A stretch of DNA of 64,000 nt from Nemertoderma westbladi (lineage: Eukaryota; Animalia; Xenacoelomorpha). Each line of letters opens with the position of its first letter. The first letter of the stretch is position 1. The DNA is taken from NCBI GenBank assembly GCA_032718475.1, contig JAUCBJ010003340.1:6733-70732 (forward strand), written 5' to 3'. Positions 48,992 through 62,717 of this stretch are shown one piece after another. Both the position numbers and the translations under genes were made by a program. The notes under the pieces were generated by a model. It saw nothing but the letters and a program-made list of their open reading frames with translations. It searched no databases and had not been told where the DNA came from.

Positions 48992-49789
48992 TTTCTCATT
49001 TTCTTCTCATTCACTTCTGAACAAAACCATAATATTACATCATTAATTACAGTTGCAACAGCTCATCTCCAATTTAATTAACTTATAAGTTATAACTCAC
49101 AGCGTGACGTGCTTTAATACTGTAGACCTACTATAAATGTTATATATTGTGTGATTGTTATACATGTGGATACATTTATTGATGCCATTAAATATAATAC
49201 AGATCCGGTATATAATGTAATTTACTTTATTTCAAATCAAACTTTAAAACCCGCCATGTAATGAGAGCATACATTATTTCCCGCCGTGATACAAAGGTCC
49301 TACTTTACATCCCACAGGGATATACAGTAGAGATCAATCTTATAACATGCAACTTTCTTTATAATTCGGTAATAATTGACAATTTTAGGAATGTAGAGTA
49401 TACTGCATCAGCAGGCCTATAACAAATATAAAAATATCATGGAATGTTCGGTTGCCATTCTTGGAAATGAAGGCAAATATTTGTTTTCATTCCTTGTGGG
49501 GCTCTGTTACTTAGATGATGGTATTAATACCATAAGGGACTCCATGTGGTAACATCGGTTTTTATCAACAAGAGCTGTTCTCGCTAGAAAATACCACTTT
49601 TCAAAATTGTGAATTAATTACATTTTTTAAGTTTGAATTACCCTCCAATGCTCCAAATACCAAAATCGGTTAAAACTTATACAATTTCTGTCCCATGAAT
49701 AAAATAGGATCTTTATAATGTAGCTATTTCGACCCGAAAATAATTACAAAACTCAAATTTATAGAGTCACATGTTTCTGCTAAGGATAT

Positions 49790-50520
49790 AGGAGCAGGAG
49801 GGGCCGTTGCGTGTTCAGTTCCGTCGCAGCTACTGTACCTCCTCCCCCAGTTGGCTTTATTCCGCCAGATACTTCTCGCACCTTCAGGGAGGTAGTAACC
49901 TCTAGACGTTTGTCACCGAGATTTGCTCGGAACTCAGGGCCTCCCTATAGCACCTCCATTTCTCAATTGCGGTTCCCTACCACTCCGGCAGTGGTTGGCG
50001 TTAATAGCTCCGAGTCTGCCGGTAGACAGCCTGGAGCTGAGCCTGGGAGTCAGCCAGGGAGTGCTAAGCGACCTCGTTTTTCGCCATCGATCCCGGCTAC
50101 AGAAACAGGAACTGTTAATTCGCGGTCGGTCGCGTACCGATTCTGAGGGCTACCAGTTCCCGAAATACCGAAGGTCTCGTCCTGAGTACATCGTAGGCTT
50201 AGGAAGAAAGTGTCTGGTAAAACATTTAAGTCGAAAGTTGCTCCTGCTGAGATTTTTTTGTTTAGAATGGATAATGAGACAACACCACAGGACATTGTAG
50301 ACGACTTGGGAGCCAGCAATATCAAGATTCGCTTAGCTTTGTTTCGAGGATCTCTAATAAAGAGTCTAGGAGTGCTAGTTTTAAGGTTGGAATTCCCAGT
50401 AACCTCCTTGAAATGGCGCTTGATCCCTTGGTATGGCCCCCGGGGGCTTGTGTTCGTAAATGGATATATTATGCTAGGAGCGGAGGGGATGGCAGGGGCC
50501 GGAGGGCTTAAGCAATAGCT
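49790..50520 (+). pseudogene. Degenerate LINE (CR1-like) ORF1 C-terminal region
   Basis: GC-rich block; EIFLFRMDNETTPQDIVDDL and shifted-frame DPLVWPPGACVRKW resemble invertebrate CR1-group ORF1 ends. Confidence 0.55.
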
Positions 50521-50548
50521 ACGTGTATACTGTATATATATATGTATC

Positions 50549-50935
50549 TCACATGCAGCCATAATGCCGGTTTTACCCGATTGGGTAAAGTCTTATGGCT
50601 GCATCATATATAAGACAATGGCCTTATGGTCACAAAAATGGCCTTATGGTCACATGCAGCCATAAGAGATGACCGGCCTTATGGCTTCATATTTCCCGAT
50701 AGGGAATTGGAGGAACCATATATCTGGCACAATTGGCTATATAAATTATGTTATATTATATATTTAGCTGAAACTTTTATTTTTTTTAAATGACTTATGG
50801 CTGCATGGAAATAATTTACCCTGCAGCCATAAGGCCATTTGCGCCCACGCTTATGGCTGCAAATTAAATGATAAAATAAAACATGCAGCCATAAGCAATC
50901 AGGTAATAGATGGACTTTATAGCTGGCTGTATGAT
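50549..50935. repeat. Cluster of atgcagccataa / ttatggctgcat motifs
   Basis: About 12 copies in both orientations; motif recurs at 55640-55900, 59770-59815, 60715-61425 and 62228. Confidence 0.7.
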
Positions 50936-51569
50936 TTATTTTATCTTTGTTCGTGTCTCTTAAGATTTTCATGAAAAATTTGACAAAATATTTCTACAAT
51001 CATATTTCAAACAAATTGAAAGAGAATTGAAATTATGGGTTTCTATGCCAAATTTTTTTGCTTAAGAGGCTTAACCTTTTTAGACAAATAAATGTTAATG
51101 TTAAATTAATGACAATGTCATAGGTAGGTGAAAATGGCCTCACCACATATCTTTTATTTCTCGAGTTATAATACTGTAGCTAGCTAGCTAGCTGTCTTTT
51201 CATGTCCATCATGTTGGTTTGTCCATCAAAATGTTAGACGGCATACCAACAATCTAAAATAGAACAACGACGACGTTATTCTAAAATATTCGCCATTATT
51301 TGGGATTTCCTGGACGAAATTTTTTGTCTGTCTGAACATCAATACTGACATAACATACAAACAGTTTCATTGCAGCCAATCAATAATGCTAACATCGGAA
51401 ATGAAATCCGAGACCAGGTAAACCTCATAAGATTTTAACTATGTGGTACGATATAATATCTTTTAACATACGGATTGACAGACAAACGGAAAGACAGACA
51501 GACAGTTGAGATGCCACCAAACATGAAAAATGATATCGAAAATAAGACAGACACCAAGAAAATGGAATC

Positions 51570-52032
51570 AGGACAATTCAATCCCGGTCAATTCGGTCCC
51601 TTTAATTTAGTGTTTTGGGACCTAATTGACCGGATACTGACTTAGAAAATTCGGTCCCATAACATACATATTTAATGGGACCGAATTTTCCAGGACCAAA
51701 TTAAATTAAATTAAGCTATTGATTTAATACGTTTTTATTCTTGAATTTATACATATTAATATTATGCTAAATAAGTATATAAATATTTGTAATTCAATTT
51801 TCATATTAAATTGTTTTTGGTCCGAATTATATTTCTATCAAGATACGGACTATTCGGTACCGGACAATTCGGTCCCAGACAATTCGGTCCCAGAAAATTC
51901 GGTCCTAGGAGAATTCGTTCCCGGACAATTCGGTACCGGACAATTCGGTCCCAGACAATTCGGTCCCAGAAAATTCGGTCCTAGGACAATTCGGTCCCGA
52001 ACAATTCGGTACCGGACAATTCGGTCCCAGAA
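51570..52032. mobile_element. Small element with 15-bp terminal tandem array (acaattcggtcccgg)n
   Basis: ~12 copies at 51850-52032; same motif in both orientations at 51570-51700; interrupts a degenerate 146-bp monomer. Confidence 0.7.
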
Positions 52033-52039
52033 AACTTGC

Positions 52040-54330
52040 TTTGTAGGGTGATATATGATATTTTGACAGTCAAACAGTCAAGGTGACATAAAACATGAGA
52101 ATTGATATTGGAATGAAATCAGAGAACAATAAAAAGCACGTATCGAATTTTTTTGTTTTGCGGTGTGTTAAAATATATTTTGACTGACATATTGACAGAT
52201 AAACGGACAGACGTACAAACTGTAAAATTGTTGCCAAACATTGAAACTGATACCGCAAATGAATTCAGAGTCCAAAAACAGACATTCCCAAGATTTAAGC
52301 TTTATAGGGTGTCATATTGTATTTTGACAGACAGATTGACAGACAAACGGACAGACTTACAAACTGTAAAATTGCTGCCAAACATTGAAACTGATACCGT
52401 AAATGAAGTCAGAGTCCAAGAAAACTGACATTCACAGGATTTTAGAATTTGCAGGGTGTCATATTGTATTTTGACAGACAGATCGACTGATAAACGGACA
52501 GACAAACAAACTGTTCAATTGCTGCCAAACATGAAATCTGATACACTAAATGAAGTCAGAGTCCAAGAAAACAGACATTCCCGGGATGTTAGCTTTGTAT
52601 GGTGTCATATTGTATTTTGACAGACAGATTGACAGACAAACGGACAGACTTACAAACTGTAAAATTGCTGCCAAACATGGAAACTGATACCGTAAATGAA
52701 GTCAGAGTCCAAGAAAACAGACATTCACAGGATTTTAGAATTTGCAGGGTGTCATATTGTATTTTGATAGACAGATCGACTGATAAACGGACAGACAAAC
52801 AAACTGTTCAATTGCTGCCAAACATGAAATCTGATACACTAAATGAAGTCAGAGTCCAAGAAAACAGACATTCCCGGGATGTTAGCTTGTATGGTGTCAT
52901 ATTGTATTTTGACAGACAGATTGACTGACAAACGGACAGACATACAAACTGTACAATACTGCCAAACATGACAACTGATACAGTAAATGAATTCAGAGTC
53001 CAAGAAAACAGACATTCCCGATATTTTAGCTTTGTATGGTGTGATATTGTATTTTGACAGACAGATTGACTGACAAACGGACAGACATAATAAACTGTTC
53101 AATTGCTGCCAAACATGAAAACTGATACAGTAAATGAAGTCAGAGTCCAAAAAAACAGACATTCCCGGGATTTTAGCTTTGTATGGTGTCATATTGTATT
53201 TTGACAGACACATCGACTGACAAACGGACAGACATACAAACTGTTCAATTGCTGCCAAACATGAAAACTGATACAGTAAATGAAGTCAGAGTCCAAGAAA
53301 ACATAAATTCTCAGGATTTTAGCATTTGTAGGGTTTCGTATTGTATTTTGACAGACAGATTGACTGACAAACGGACAGACATACAAACTGTAAAAATGCT
53401 GCAAAACATGAAACTGATACCGTACATGAAGTCAGGGTCCAAGAAAACAGACATTCCCGGGATTTTAGCTTTGTATGGTGTCATATTGTATTTTGACAGA
53501 CAGATCGACTGACAAACGGACAGACATACAAACTGTACAAATGCTGCCAAACATGAAAACTGATACGGTAAATGAAGTCAGAGTCCAAGAAAACAGACAT
53601 TCCCAGGATTTTAGCTTTGTAGGGTGTCATATTGTATTTTGACGGACAGATCGACTGACAAACGGACAGACGTATACAAACTGTACAATTGCTGCCAAAC
53701 TTGAAAACTGATACCGTACATGAAGTCGGAGTCTAAGAAAACAGACATTCCCAAGATTTAAGCTTTATAGGGTGTCATATTGTATTTTGACAGACAGATC
53801 GACTGACAAACGGACAGACATACAAACTGTACAAATGCTGCCAAACATGAAAACTGATACGGTAAATGAAGTCAGAGTGCAAGAAAACAGACATTCCCAG
53901 GATTTTAGCTTTGTAGGGTGTCATATTGTATTTTGACGGACAGATCGACTGACAAACGGACAGACGTATACAAACTGTACAAATTCTGCCAAACTTGAAA
54001 ACTGATACCGTACATGAAGTCGGAATTTAAGAAAACAGACATTCCCAAGATTTAAGCTTTATAGGGTGTCATATTGTATTTTGACAGACAGATCGACTGA
54101 CAAACGGACAGACATACAAACTTTACAAATGCTGCCAAACATCAAAACTGATACCGTAAATGAAGTCTGAGTCCAAGAAAACAGACATTACCGTGATTTT
54201 AGCTTTGTAGGGTGTCATATTGTTTTTCGACAAACGAACAGACATACAAACTGTACAAATGCCGCCAAACTTGAAAACTGATATGGGAAATGACATCAGT
54301 GATGAAAATCTACATATGGAAAATTTTAGC
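52040..54330 (+). repeat. ~146-bp satellite array 1 (~15 monomers)
   Basis: Spacing of gacagacag: 52326, 52473, 52619; alternating variants. Confidence 0.95.
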
Positions 54331-54477
54331 TGTCTGGTCTAATATATTGTATATGGATATGAGCCCCAGCAAATGTCGGTACACATATAGATTAATTGCT
54401 ACAAGCAGATAATAATTGATGAAACTTTTATACCCAATATTTCTTCTACCTTTCTATTGGTATCAACAAACATCTAT

Positions 54478-54985
54478 AACTACTACTACTACTATCGGCA
54501 TGTTGCATTGCGGCTGCATTAATTATATCAAATATATTAAGAAAGATGTGAGTGCCGGCTTGTCGATAAAATTGCTCCACCTCAACTCCCTATCACCCAT
54601 GACATTTGCTAGATCATCCGCATCTTCAAGTCCAGTGTTCTTTAAAATGCGTCTCAAGAAAGTCATGGGCTTACCACCATACATAGTCGTTCCATGAGGC
54701 CGCCAAAGCACAAGATTATGCACAGGCTGGTCCACACTGTGAAAGCAATGTCCTACAAGGCGGTGGCAGCTCAGTTCAAGCAAAAGCTTTCGGAGACTAA
54801 TGAAACACTTCCGATGTTGTTCACAGTCTGGTTATGGAGATGTGTTCGTTCTTCTTGACACAATGACCCCGGCGTAGCATTATTGTGAATGTGCCATCCA
54901 GAGGTTTTGTATACTCTGCAGTCAGTCAGAGACCAGCATGGACTCCCATCTAAGAAGGCTGTCTCTACTGCTGCCCTAAATAAAC
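54478..54985 (-). mobile_element. RTE-2 3' fragment
   Basis: GHCFHSVDQPVHNLVLWRPHG...MGDRELRW; (TAG)n tail. Confidence 0.85.
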
Positions 54986-56113
54986 TCTAAAAGGTTCACG
55001 TGTGATATCAACAATTGGTACATTTGCAACAATATTATGCGAACTTTTCAGAGTTCTGGTGTTTTACTCTTAACGCAGTAAAGTACCGTATTGCAGCGTT
55101 GCGGCCTATAGGACGAACGTACTTATACTTCTATAACTAACTATCACTAACTTAGTAATAATAATCTCTTAAACACGTCTGTATTCTTCTGCATAGCTTC
55201 ATAGCAACTATTATATGCTAATTTTATAATTGTTTACCGTAACTTTGTTGTAATAACTGCAATTAATTAGTGATACAAATTAAATTGGATATGAATTACA
55301 TCAATATTCCTAATTATTCCAATATCAAGTAATGAAAACTTTAAAAAAATCGGAATTACTCGAACTTTTCTGAGAATTATCTATTTAGATAAACCAGCCC
55401 CCACTACAATACAACTCTTTTCTGGAATACAGTTTTATATACAACGTGCAGACATAAGCACTGGAACTTTCAATACAGTTGCATGCATTATTATAAATAA
55501 TATTAGGTTTATTTTAAGTCTTATTATACTGTTATACGGTTACATATCATATTTCAACCTTAATTCAAGTGTCTCAATCTATTTAGATAAACCAGCCATT
55601 ACATGTAAACTCACGTCTGAGATAAAGTTTAAATAAAACATGCAGCCTTAAGCAATGGAACTCTCTTATGGTTGCATGTTATATTATAATAATAATTATT
55701 ATGTTTTTTTTATGTCATATTTTGGTCAATTAATAAATACAATATTATAAATGGTTAAATTAGTTAGTTAGTTGAATTATTTAAATGATTTAATCCCTTG
55801 AAAATATAAAAGAAATGAAAGTACAATAATTTGTAGTTACTAATTTTATCAAAGAGTCTGTTTAATTAATAACTGCAATGAATTGGTTTTATGGCTGCAT
55901 GTTTTATATAATCTATAGTTAATTTTGAGAAAGGACAGGCGCCGCATTTTTAGTTCTCACTAACCACAGGTTGTCTGGCTAGATAGCACAAACTTCACAC
56001 TAAATATTAGTACAGAGAGACACAAGATCGACAAATGATGCGGTTGTAGTAGAAAGGGCACATGGCCCAAAGTTCAAAGCTTTAGAATACATCTCTGAAA
56101 CTACCGGACTAAT

Positions 56114-57655
56114 AGATCGACTGACAAACGGACAGACATACAAACTTTACAAATGCTGCCAAATATCAAAACTGATACCGCAAATGCGATACGGTAAATG
56201 AAGTCAAAGTCCAAGAAAACAGACATTCTCAGGATTTTAGCCTTTGTAGGGTTTCATATTGTATTTTGACAGACAGATCGACTGACAAACGGACAAACGT
56301 ATACAAACTGAACAAATGCAGCTAAACATGAAAACTAATACCGTAAATGAAGTCAGAGTCCAAGAAAACAGACATTCCCGGGATTTTAGCTTTGTATGGT
56401 GTCATATTGTATTTTGACAGACAGATTGACTGACAAACGGACAGACATACAAACTGTACAATGCTGCCAAACATGAAAACTGACACGGTAAATGAAGTCA
56501 GAGTCCAAGAAAACAGACATTCTCAGGATTTTAGAATTTGAAGGGTGTCATATTGTATTTTGACAGACACATCGACTGACAAACGGACAGACATACAAAC
56601 TGTTAAATTGCTGCCAAACATGACAACTGAAACAGTAAATGAAGTCAGAGTCCAAGAAAACAGATATTCCCGGGATTTTAGCTTTGTATGGTGTTATATT
56701 GTATTTTGACAGACAGATTGACTGACAAACGGACAGTCATAATAAACTGTACAATGCTGCCAAACATGAAAACTGATACGGTAAATGAAGTCAGATTCCA
56801 AGAAAACAGACATTCTCAGGATTTTAGAATTTGAAGGGTGTCATATTGTATTTTGACAGACACATCGACTGACAAATGGACAGACATACAAACTGTTCAA
56901 TTGCTGCCAAACATGACAACTGAAACAGTAAATGAAGCCAGAGTCCAAGAAAACAGACATTCCCGGGATTCTAGCTTTGTATGGTGTCATATTGTATTTT
57001 GACAGACAGATTGACTGACAAACGGACAGTCATAATAAACTGTACAATGCTGCCAAACATGAAAACTGATAAGGTAAATGAAGTCAGAGTCCAAGAAAAC
57101 AGACATTCTCAGGATTTTAGCATTTGTAGGGTGTCATATTGTATTTTGACAGACAGATCGACTGACAAACGGACAGACATACCAACTGTACAAATGCTGC
57201 CAAACATGAAAACTGATACGGTAAATGAAGTCAGAGTGCAAGAAAACAGACATTCCCAGGATTTTAGCTTTGTAGGGTGTCATATTGTATTTTGACGGAC
57301 AGATCGACTGACAAACGGACAGACGTATACAAACTGTACAAATTCTGCCAAACTTGAAAACTGATACCGTACATGAAGTTGGAATTTAAGAAAACAGACA
57401 TTCCCAGGATTTTAGCTTTATAGGGTGTCATATTGTATTTTGACAGACAGATCGACTGACAAACGGACAGACATACAAACTTTACAAATGCTGCCAAACA
57501 TCAAAACTGATACCGTAAATGAAGTCTGAGTCAAAGAAAACAGTCATTACCGTGATTTTAGCTTTGTAAGGTGTCATATTGTTTTTTGACAAACGAACAG
57601 ACATACAAACTGTAAAAATGCCGCCAAACTTGAAAACTGATATGGGAAATGAAAT
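56114..57655 (+). repeat. ~146-bp satellite array 2 (~10 monomers)
   Basis: Spacing 56416, 56562, 56708. Confidence 0.95.
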
Positions 57656-58302
57656 CAGTGATGAAAAAAACTACATATGGAAGATTTTAGCTGTCTGGTC
57701 TAATATATTGTATATGGATATGAGCCCCTGCAAATGTCGGTACAAATATAGATTAATTATTGCTACAATCAGATAATAATTGATTAAACTTTTATACCCA
57801 ATATTTCTTCTATCTTTCTATTGGTATCAACAAACATCTATAACTACTAATACTACTATCGGCATGTTGCATTGCGGCTGCATTAATTATATCAAATATA
57901 TTAATAGTTTTAATAGTTTTTAGCAATTTTAGGTGTACCCGGAAAAAAATGTTACCAAGCCAAATTTGGTATAATTAGAAGCGCAAATTTATGCTCTTTA
58001 AGAATATCGAAAGTCCTCCGCAGCATACCTTGGGCAACTTTTTTTATAGCCATTTTCTTGAACCCTATCCATAAGAAAAATCAATTCAAATTTACTTGAT
58101 CTTCACTTGGAATATTTCATAGTTGCTACGAGACAATTTAATATTTCATATTCTTATCTGTTAATTACATCCATAATTGTATACATAATATAGACTGAAA
58201 TTTAGCGGTGTCAGCTAGTAGTTTACCCCACTCACGCCTGGTTGCTGGCGTTATATTGGTTCCAAGGCAAGCAAAGATACATCTCTGAAACTACCGGACT
58301 AA

Positions 58303-59310
58303 TAGATCGACTGACAAACGGACAGACATACAAACTTTACAAATGCTGCCAAACATGAAAACTGATACCGTAAATGAAGTCAGAGTCCAAAAAACAGACA
58401 TTTCCAAGATTTAAGCTTTATAGGGTGTCATATTGTATTTTGACAGACAGATCGACTGACAAACGGACAGACATACAAGGTTTACAAACGCTGCCAAATA
58501 TGAAAACTGATACCGTAATTGAAGTCAGAATCCAAAAAAACAGACATTCCCATGATTTAAGATTTGTAGGGTGTCATATTGTATTTTTAATTACACGATT
58601 AATAAAGACAAGGAAGGGTCTTTCACCACGTGGATATATAAAAAATGAAGTTAATTATTTACCGTATGGCCATTTCACCCTCGCGGGCGTCTTCAGTGGT
58701 ATATTCAAATAAAATCGCGTTAAAATATAATTAAATTTAAAATTAGTTCACAATTTAAAAGTATAGGGTACGTGTACCGTGTGTCGAGATCGACTGACAA
58801 ACGGACAGACATACAAAGTTTACAAACGCTGCCAAATATGAAAACTGATACCGTAATTGAAGTCAGAATCCAAAAAAACAGACATTCCCAAGATTTAAGA
58901 TTTGTAGGGTGTCATATTGTATTTTGACAGACAGATCGACTGACAAACAGACAGAGGTATACAAACTGTAAAAATGCTTCCAAACATGAAAACTGATACG
59001 GTAAATGAAGTCAGAGTGCAAGAAAACAGACATTCCCAGGATTTTAGCTTTGTAGGGTGTCATATTGTATTTTGACGGACAGATCGACTGACAAACGGAC
59101 AGACGTATACAAACTGTACAAATTCTGCCAAACTTGAAAACTGATACCGTACATGAAGTTGGAATTTAAGAAAACAGACATTCCCAAGATTTAAGCTTTA
59201 TAGGGTGTCATATTGTATTTTGACAGACAGATCGACTGACAAACGGACAGACATAAAACTTTACAAACGCTGCCAAACATGAAAATTGATACCGTAAATA
59301 AAATCTGAAC
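58303..59310 (+). repeat. ~146-bp satellite array 3, interrupted by a ~200-bp insertion
   Basis: Same monomer; break at 58588-58786. Confidence 0.92.
58660..58701 (-). ncRNA. Minimal Penelope-type type I hammerhead ribozyme
   Basis: Minus strand: tacca-CTGAAGA-c-gccc-gcga-gggt-GAAA-tggcca-TA-cggta; palindromic stem III; one mismatch at the base of stem I. Confidence 0.8.
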
Positions 59311-62300
59311 TTTAGCTTTATAGCAACCATTATATGCTAAGTTTATGATTGTTTACCGAAACTTTGTTGTAATAACTGCAATTAATTAGTGATACAAATT
59401 AAATTGGATATTAATTACATCAATATTCCTAGTTATTCCAATAGCAAAATGAAAAGTTTAATAAAATCGAAATTACTCGAACTTTTCTGAGAATAATGTC
59501 TATTTAGATAAACCAGCCCCCACGAACTACATTACAAACTCTAGAATGGAATATAGTTTAATAAAATGTGCATGGAACTTGAAATAAGCACTGGAAATTT
59601 CAATGCATTGCGTTGCATGTCTTATTTTAAATAATATTAGGTTTATTTTAAGTCTAATTACACTGTTATACGGCTGTATATCATATTTCAACCTTAATTC
59701 AAGTGCCTCAATCTATTTAGATATACCACCCATTGCATGTAGACTCATGTATGAGATAAAGTTTAAATAAAACATGCAGCCATAAGCAATGGAGCTGTCT
59801 TATGGTTGCATGTCATATTAGTGGATCCAACGATCATCTGCACTACAGAACGGCTTCTCAAAAAAAAAAACATATTTCGAAACTCGTATGGTGGAGGCCG
59901 ACCAAAACAGAAAGTACAATACTTGTTTGCAGTGACTTATATTCATTCCTACAGCACGTGCGTAATACGTAATCCGTGTATTAGCTACTGGGTTTGGATG
60001 GAAACAACTCTAATAAGCAATCGGTTTCCAATACAATAATCTGCTTGACCTTTGATAAGTAATGTGATCCGTTAAACCACACAATTTTAATTAGCAATTC
60101 TGGGTTTATCAGCTTGACTAAGTAATTATAATTTAGCTATCAGTAGATCCGTTATTAGGAACCGAATCGTTGCTGACTGACTGACTAACTGACTAACTGA
60201 AATTTGGGGCTATTTTACCTATTTGGGGCGGTAAAAAAAGTATATTTGGTGCGAAAACTCCTGTATTCTGGGATATAATAACTTGTGGTCGAAATTTAAT
60301 TATGTAAGACTGATCGAAAACAGTTTATATGCCACTAAAAATGAAGTCTGATAACGATAAAACACAGATGCCCAAGATTTTAGCTTTGTATGGTGAAATA
60401 TTATATTTTGACAGACACATAGGCAGGCAAACGGACAGACATACAGACAGTCTAGATGCCACCAAACATGAAAACCGTAATCGGGAATGAAATCACAGAC
60501 TAGGAAAACTCCATGCCATAGGTTTTTGCTATGGGTTGAGAGATACTATATTATGTAAAACAGATCAACAGACAAACGGTCAGAAAGTCAGAATTAATAT
60601 GTTAAAATTAAAATAAATCTGAATTTTCTCGAATTATTCGAGAAATATCTACTTAGTTCAATGTTCAAACAACCATTACCTACAAACTCGCTTCAAAAGT
60701 AAAGTTTAAATAAAACATGCAGCCTTAAGCACTGGGACTGTATTATGGTTGCATGTCTTATTTCATAACTAATGTGTACTGCGCACATGTCGCACTGCGG
60801 TATAAAGCTGGAAAATATGTCGCTCTGGCGATTTGTTTGTGCGAAATTAATTCCATACAATTATTACAAATAAATAAAATAATATTATATATGTATTTTA
60901 AAAGCCTTATTTCTTTAATTAAAACATTATGAAATATTATTTTATCAATTTAAAATATGAATAAAAAGAAAAATACAATAATTGTTGTATCTAATGTGAT
61001 AATGTAATTATTGTATAAATTTTTCTTTATAATGATTCGTTATATGGCTGCCTATTAAATTTCAACATTATTCGGTATATTTAGTAGGAAAGGTTTATAA
61101 AGAATAATGCTAAAACTTCAAGTACCTCAAACCTTCCAATACACCAAAACTCAATCTGAAATATAGTTTAAATAAATCATGCACCATAAGCAGTTGAGAT
61201 GTCTTATGGTTGCATGTCATATTATTATAACTATTATTATGTTTTTTTTTAAGTTATATTTTGGATAATTAATACAATATCATTAATTATTTCATGAATT
61301 TAAAACTTAAAGGAAACGAAAATGCAATATAATTATAGCAAATAAAATAACAAATGTTTATCAAAGATACAGTTTTATGGAATTTAGGAATTTGATTTAT
61401 AAATTTGTAATATGGCTGCATATTTTATCTCAAACTTATATGAATTTTGTTAATTTTGAAAAATGACTATTCTTTTACATAAATAATTATTTTTTGTCCA
61501 ACTTTTTATCCGTATATTCGAGGGATTGTAAAAGCATATTTTTTCAGAGGCCAAAGGTCAAGGGAACAATGCTGGAATAAATAGAGAAATAGAATACAGC
61601 TCAAGTTGCAGATGATAATATTTAGCTTATTAATATTAAAATTTTTTAAAAGCGTGAGGGCATTCATTATTTTATAACAACAGCTATAATTTTAGGTCTA
61701 GTTAGTGGTAGTTGTAGTCTGCAATTAATAGCGTAAATTGATATAAATGTTACAATATTAATGTGATTAATTTATTATTTAGCATTTTTAGTTGTGATAA
61801 TTTAATGTAATGTATCAAAATTTCATACTTCGTTTCTTATTCAACAAAGCTCGCTCTCTCTCGTTTGGTACTATGATCAGCGGTCATAACTCTGAATCGT
61901 GATATTTGCACATAATGATGTTTACTAGTTAGTAAAAACAATTTTAATTCATTAAATGTTGTGATAGGGTGTAGGTCCGTTAGGCAAAAACGTGAAATTT
62001 GATGTTTAATTAAAAATGGAAATGTTTTATCTTAGTAACAGTCCTATAAACAAACCAAATACATATATAAAGTTATATAGATATACATAACTAATTAAAT
62101 ATTCTTATATCATCAAAATGTGTTGTGCATCCATATGACCAGTCCTACCAAGGATTTCCCGATTTGGCTAAAGTGTAGAAATTGCTGGAGTTATATAGAA
62201 TATGATTATACATAATACTATATAATATGCAACCATAAGATCGCTAAATTCTACATAAAAGTTATATATATTTTGTTTGATCTTTCAAAATGACTTATGG

Positions 62301-62423
62301 TCACAATCATTAGATATATATATATATATACCTATATATTACATTAATGACAATATGATATTAATGTCATATATATGACATATATGACATTAATATTAAA
62401 TAAGATAAATGGCGTATCATTAT

Positions 62424-62656
62424 GGGTGAGAACAAAACAAAGACCATAGATCCAATTAAGTAACCAGCATAATCTTGCAACATGTATGTGTTACCGTTCG
62501 TTTATTGTTTTGGTTCCCCAAACACGCCTCTGTAACCTGCTCCATTGCTAACCTGTTCCTATAAATCGCAATTGAACCTTACGCGAAATGGCAATAACGC
62601 GTCTTTACAGCTTTGTTTAGTACAATGGGTCTTTGGTCTTTGTTTTGTAGTCACCC
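62424..62656. mobile_element. MITE (PIF/Harbinger-like) carrying one 68-bp-satellite-like monomer
   Basis: TIR gggtgagaacaaaacaaagacca / tggtctttgttttgtagtcaccc; flanks tat/taa; internal cgtttattgttttggtt...gcctctgtaacctgctcc. Confidence 0.7.
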
Positions 62657-62717
62657 TAACATTGTGGAAATTGCTAATCGATATTCAATAGTTACTCTAT
62701 AGCTAAACAAATAAGAT

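Larger units (their letters stand above)
48443..49080. mobile_element. Composite insertion of tRNA-like/hammerhead element family B (partial tandem on -, inverted copy on +)
   Basis: 345-bp period (48489 vs 48834); inverted copy 48870-49080; flanking 13-bp repeat acttataagttat. Confidence 0.85.

Noticed and set aside
51850-52032. 15-bp repeats as possible CRISPR or coding repeat (ORF 51764-52051)
   Set aside because: Contiguous tandem array of a mobile-element end; the ORF is a by-product
52153-59063. Numerous short ORFs (VSYCILTDR... etc.)
   Set aside because: Translations of the 146-bp satellite
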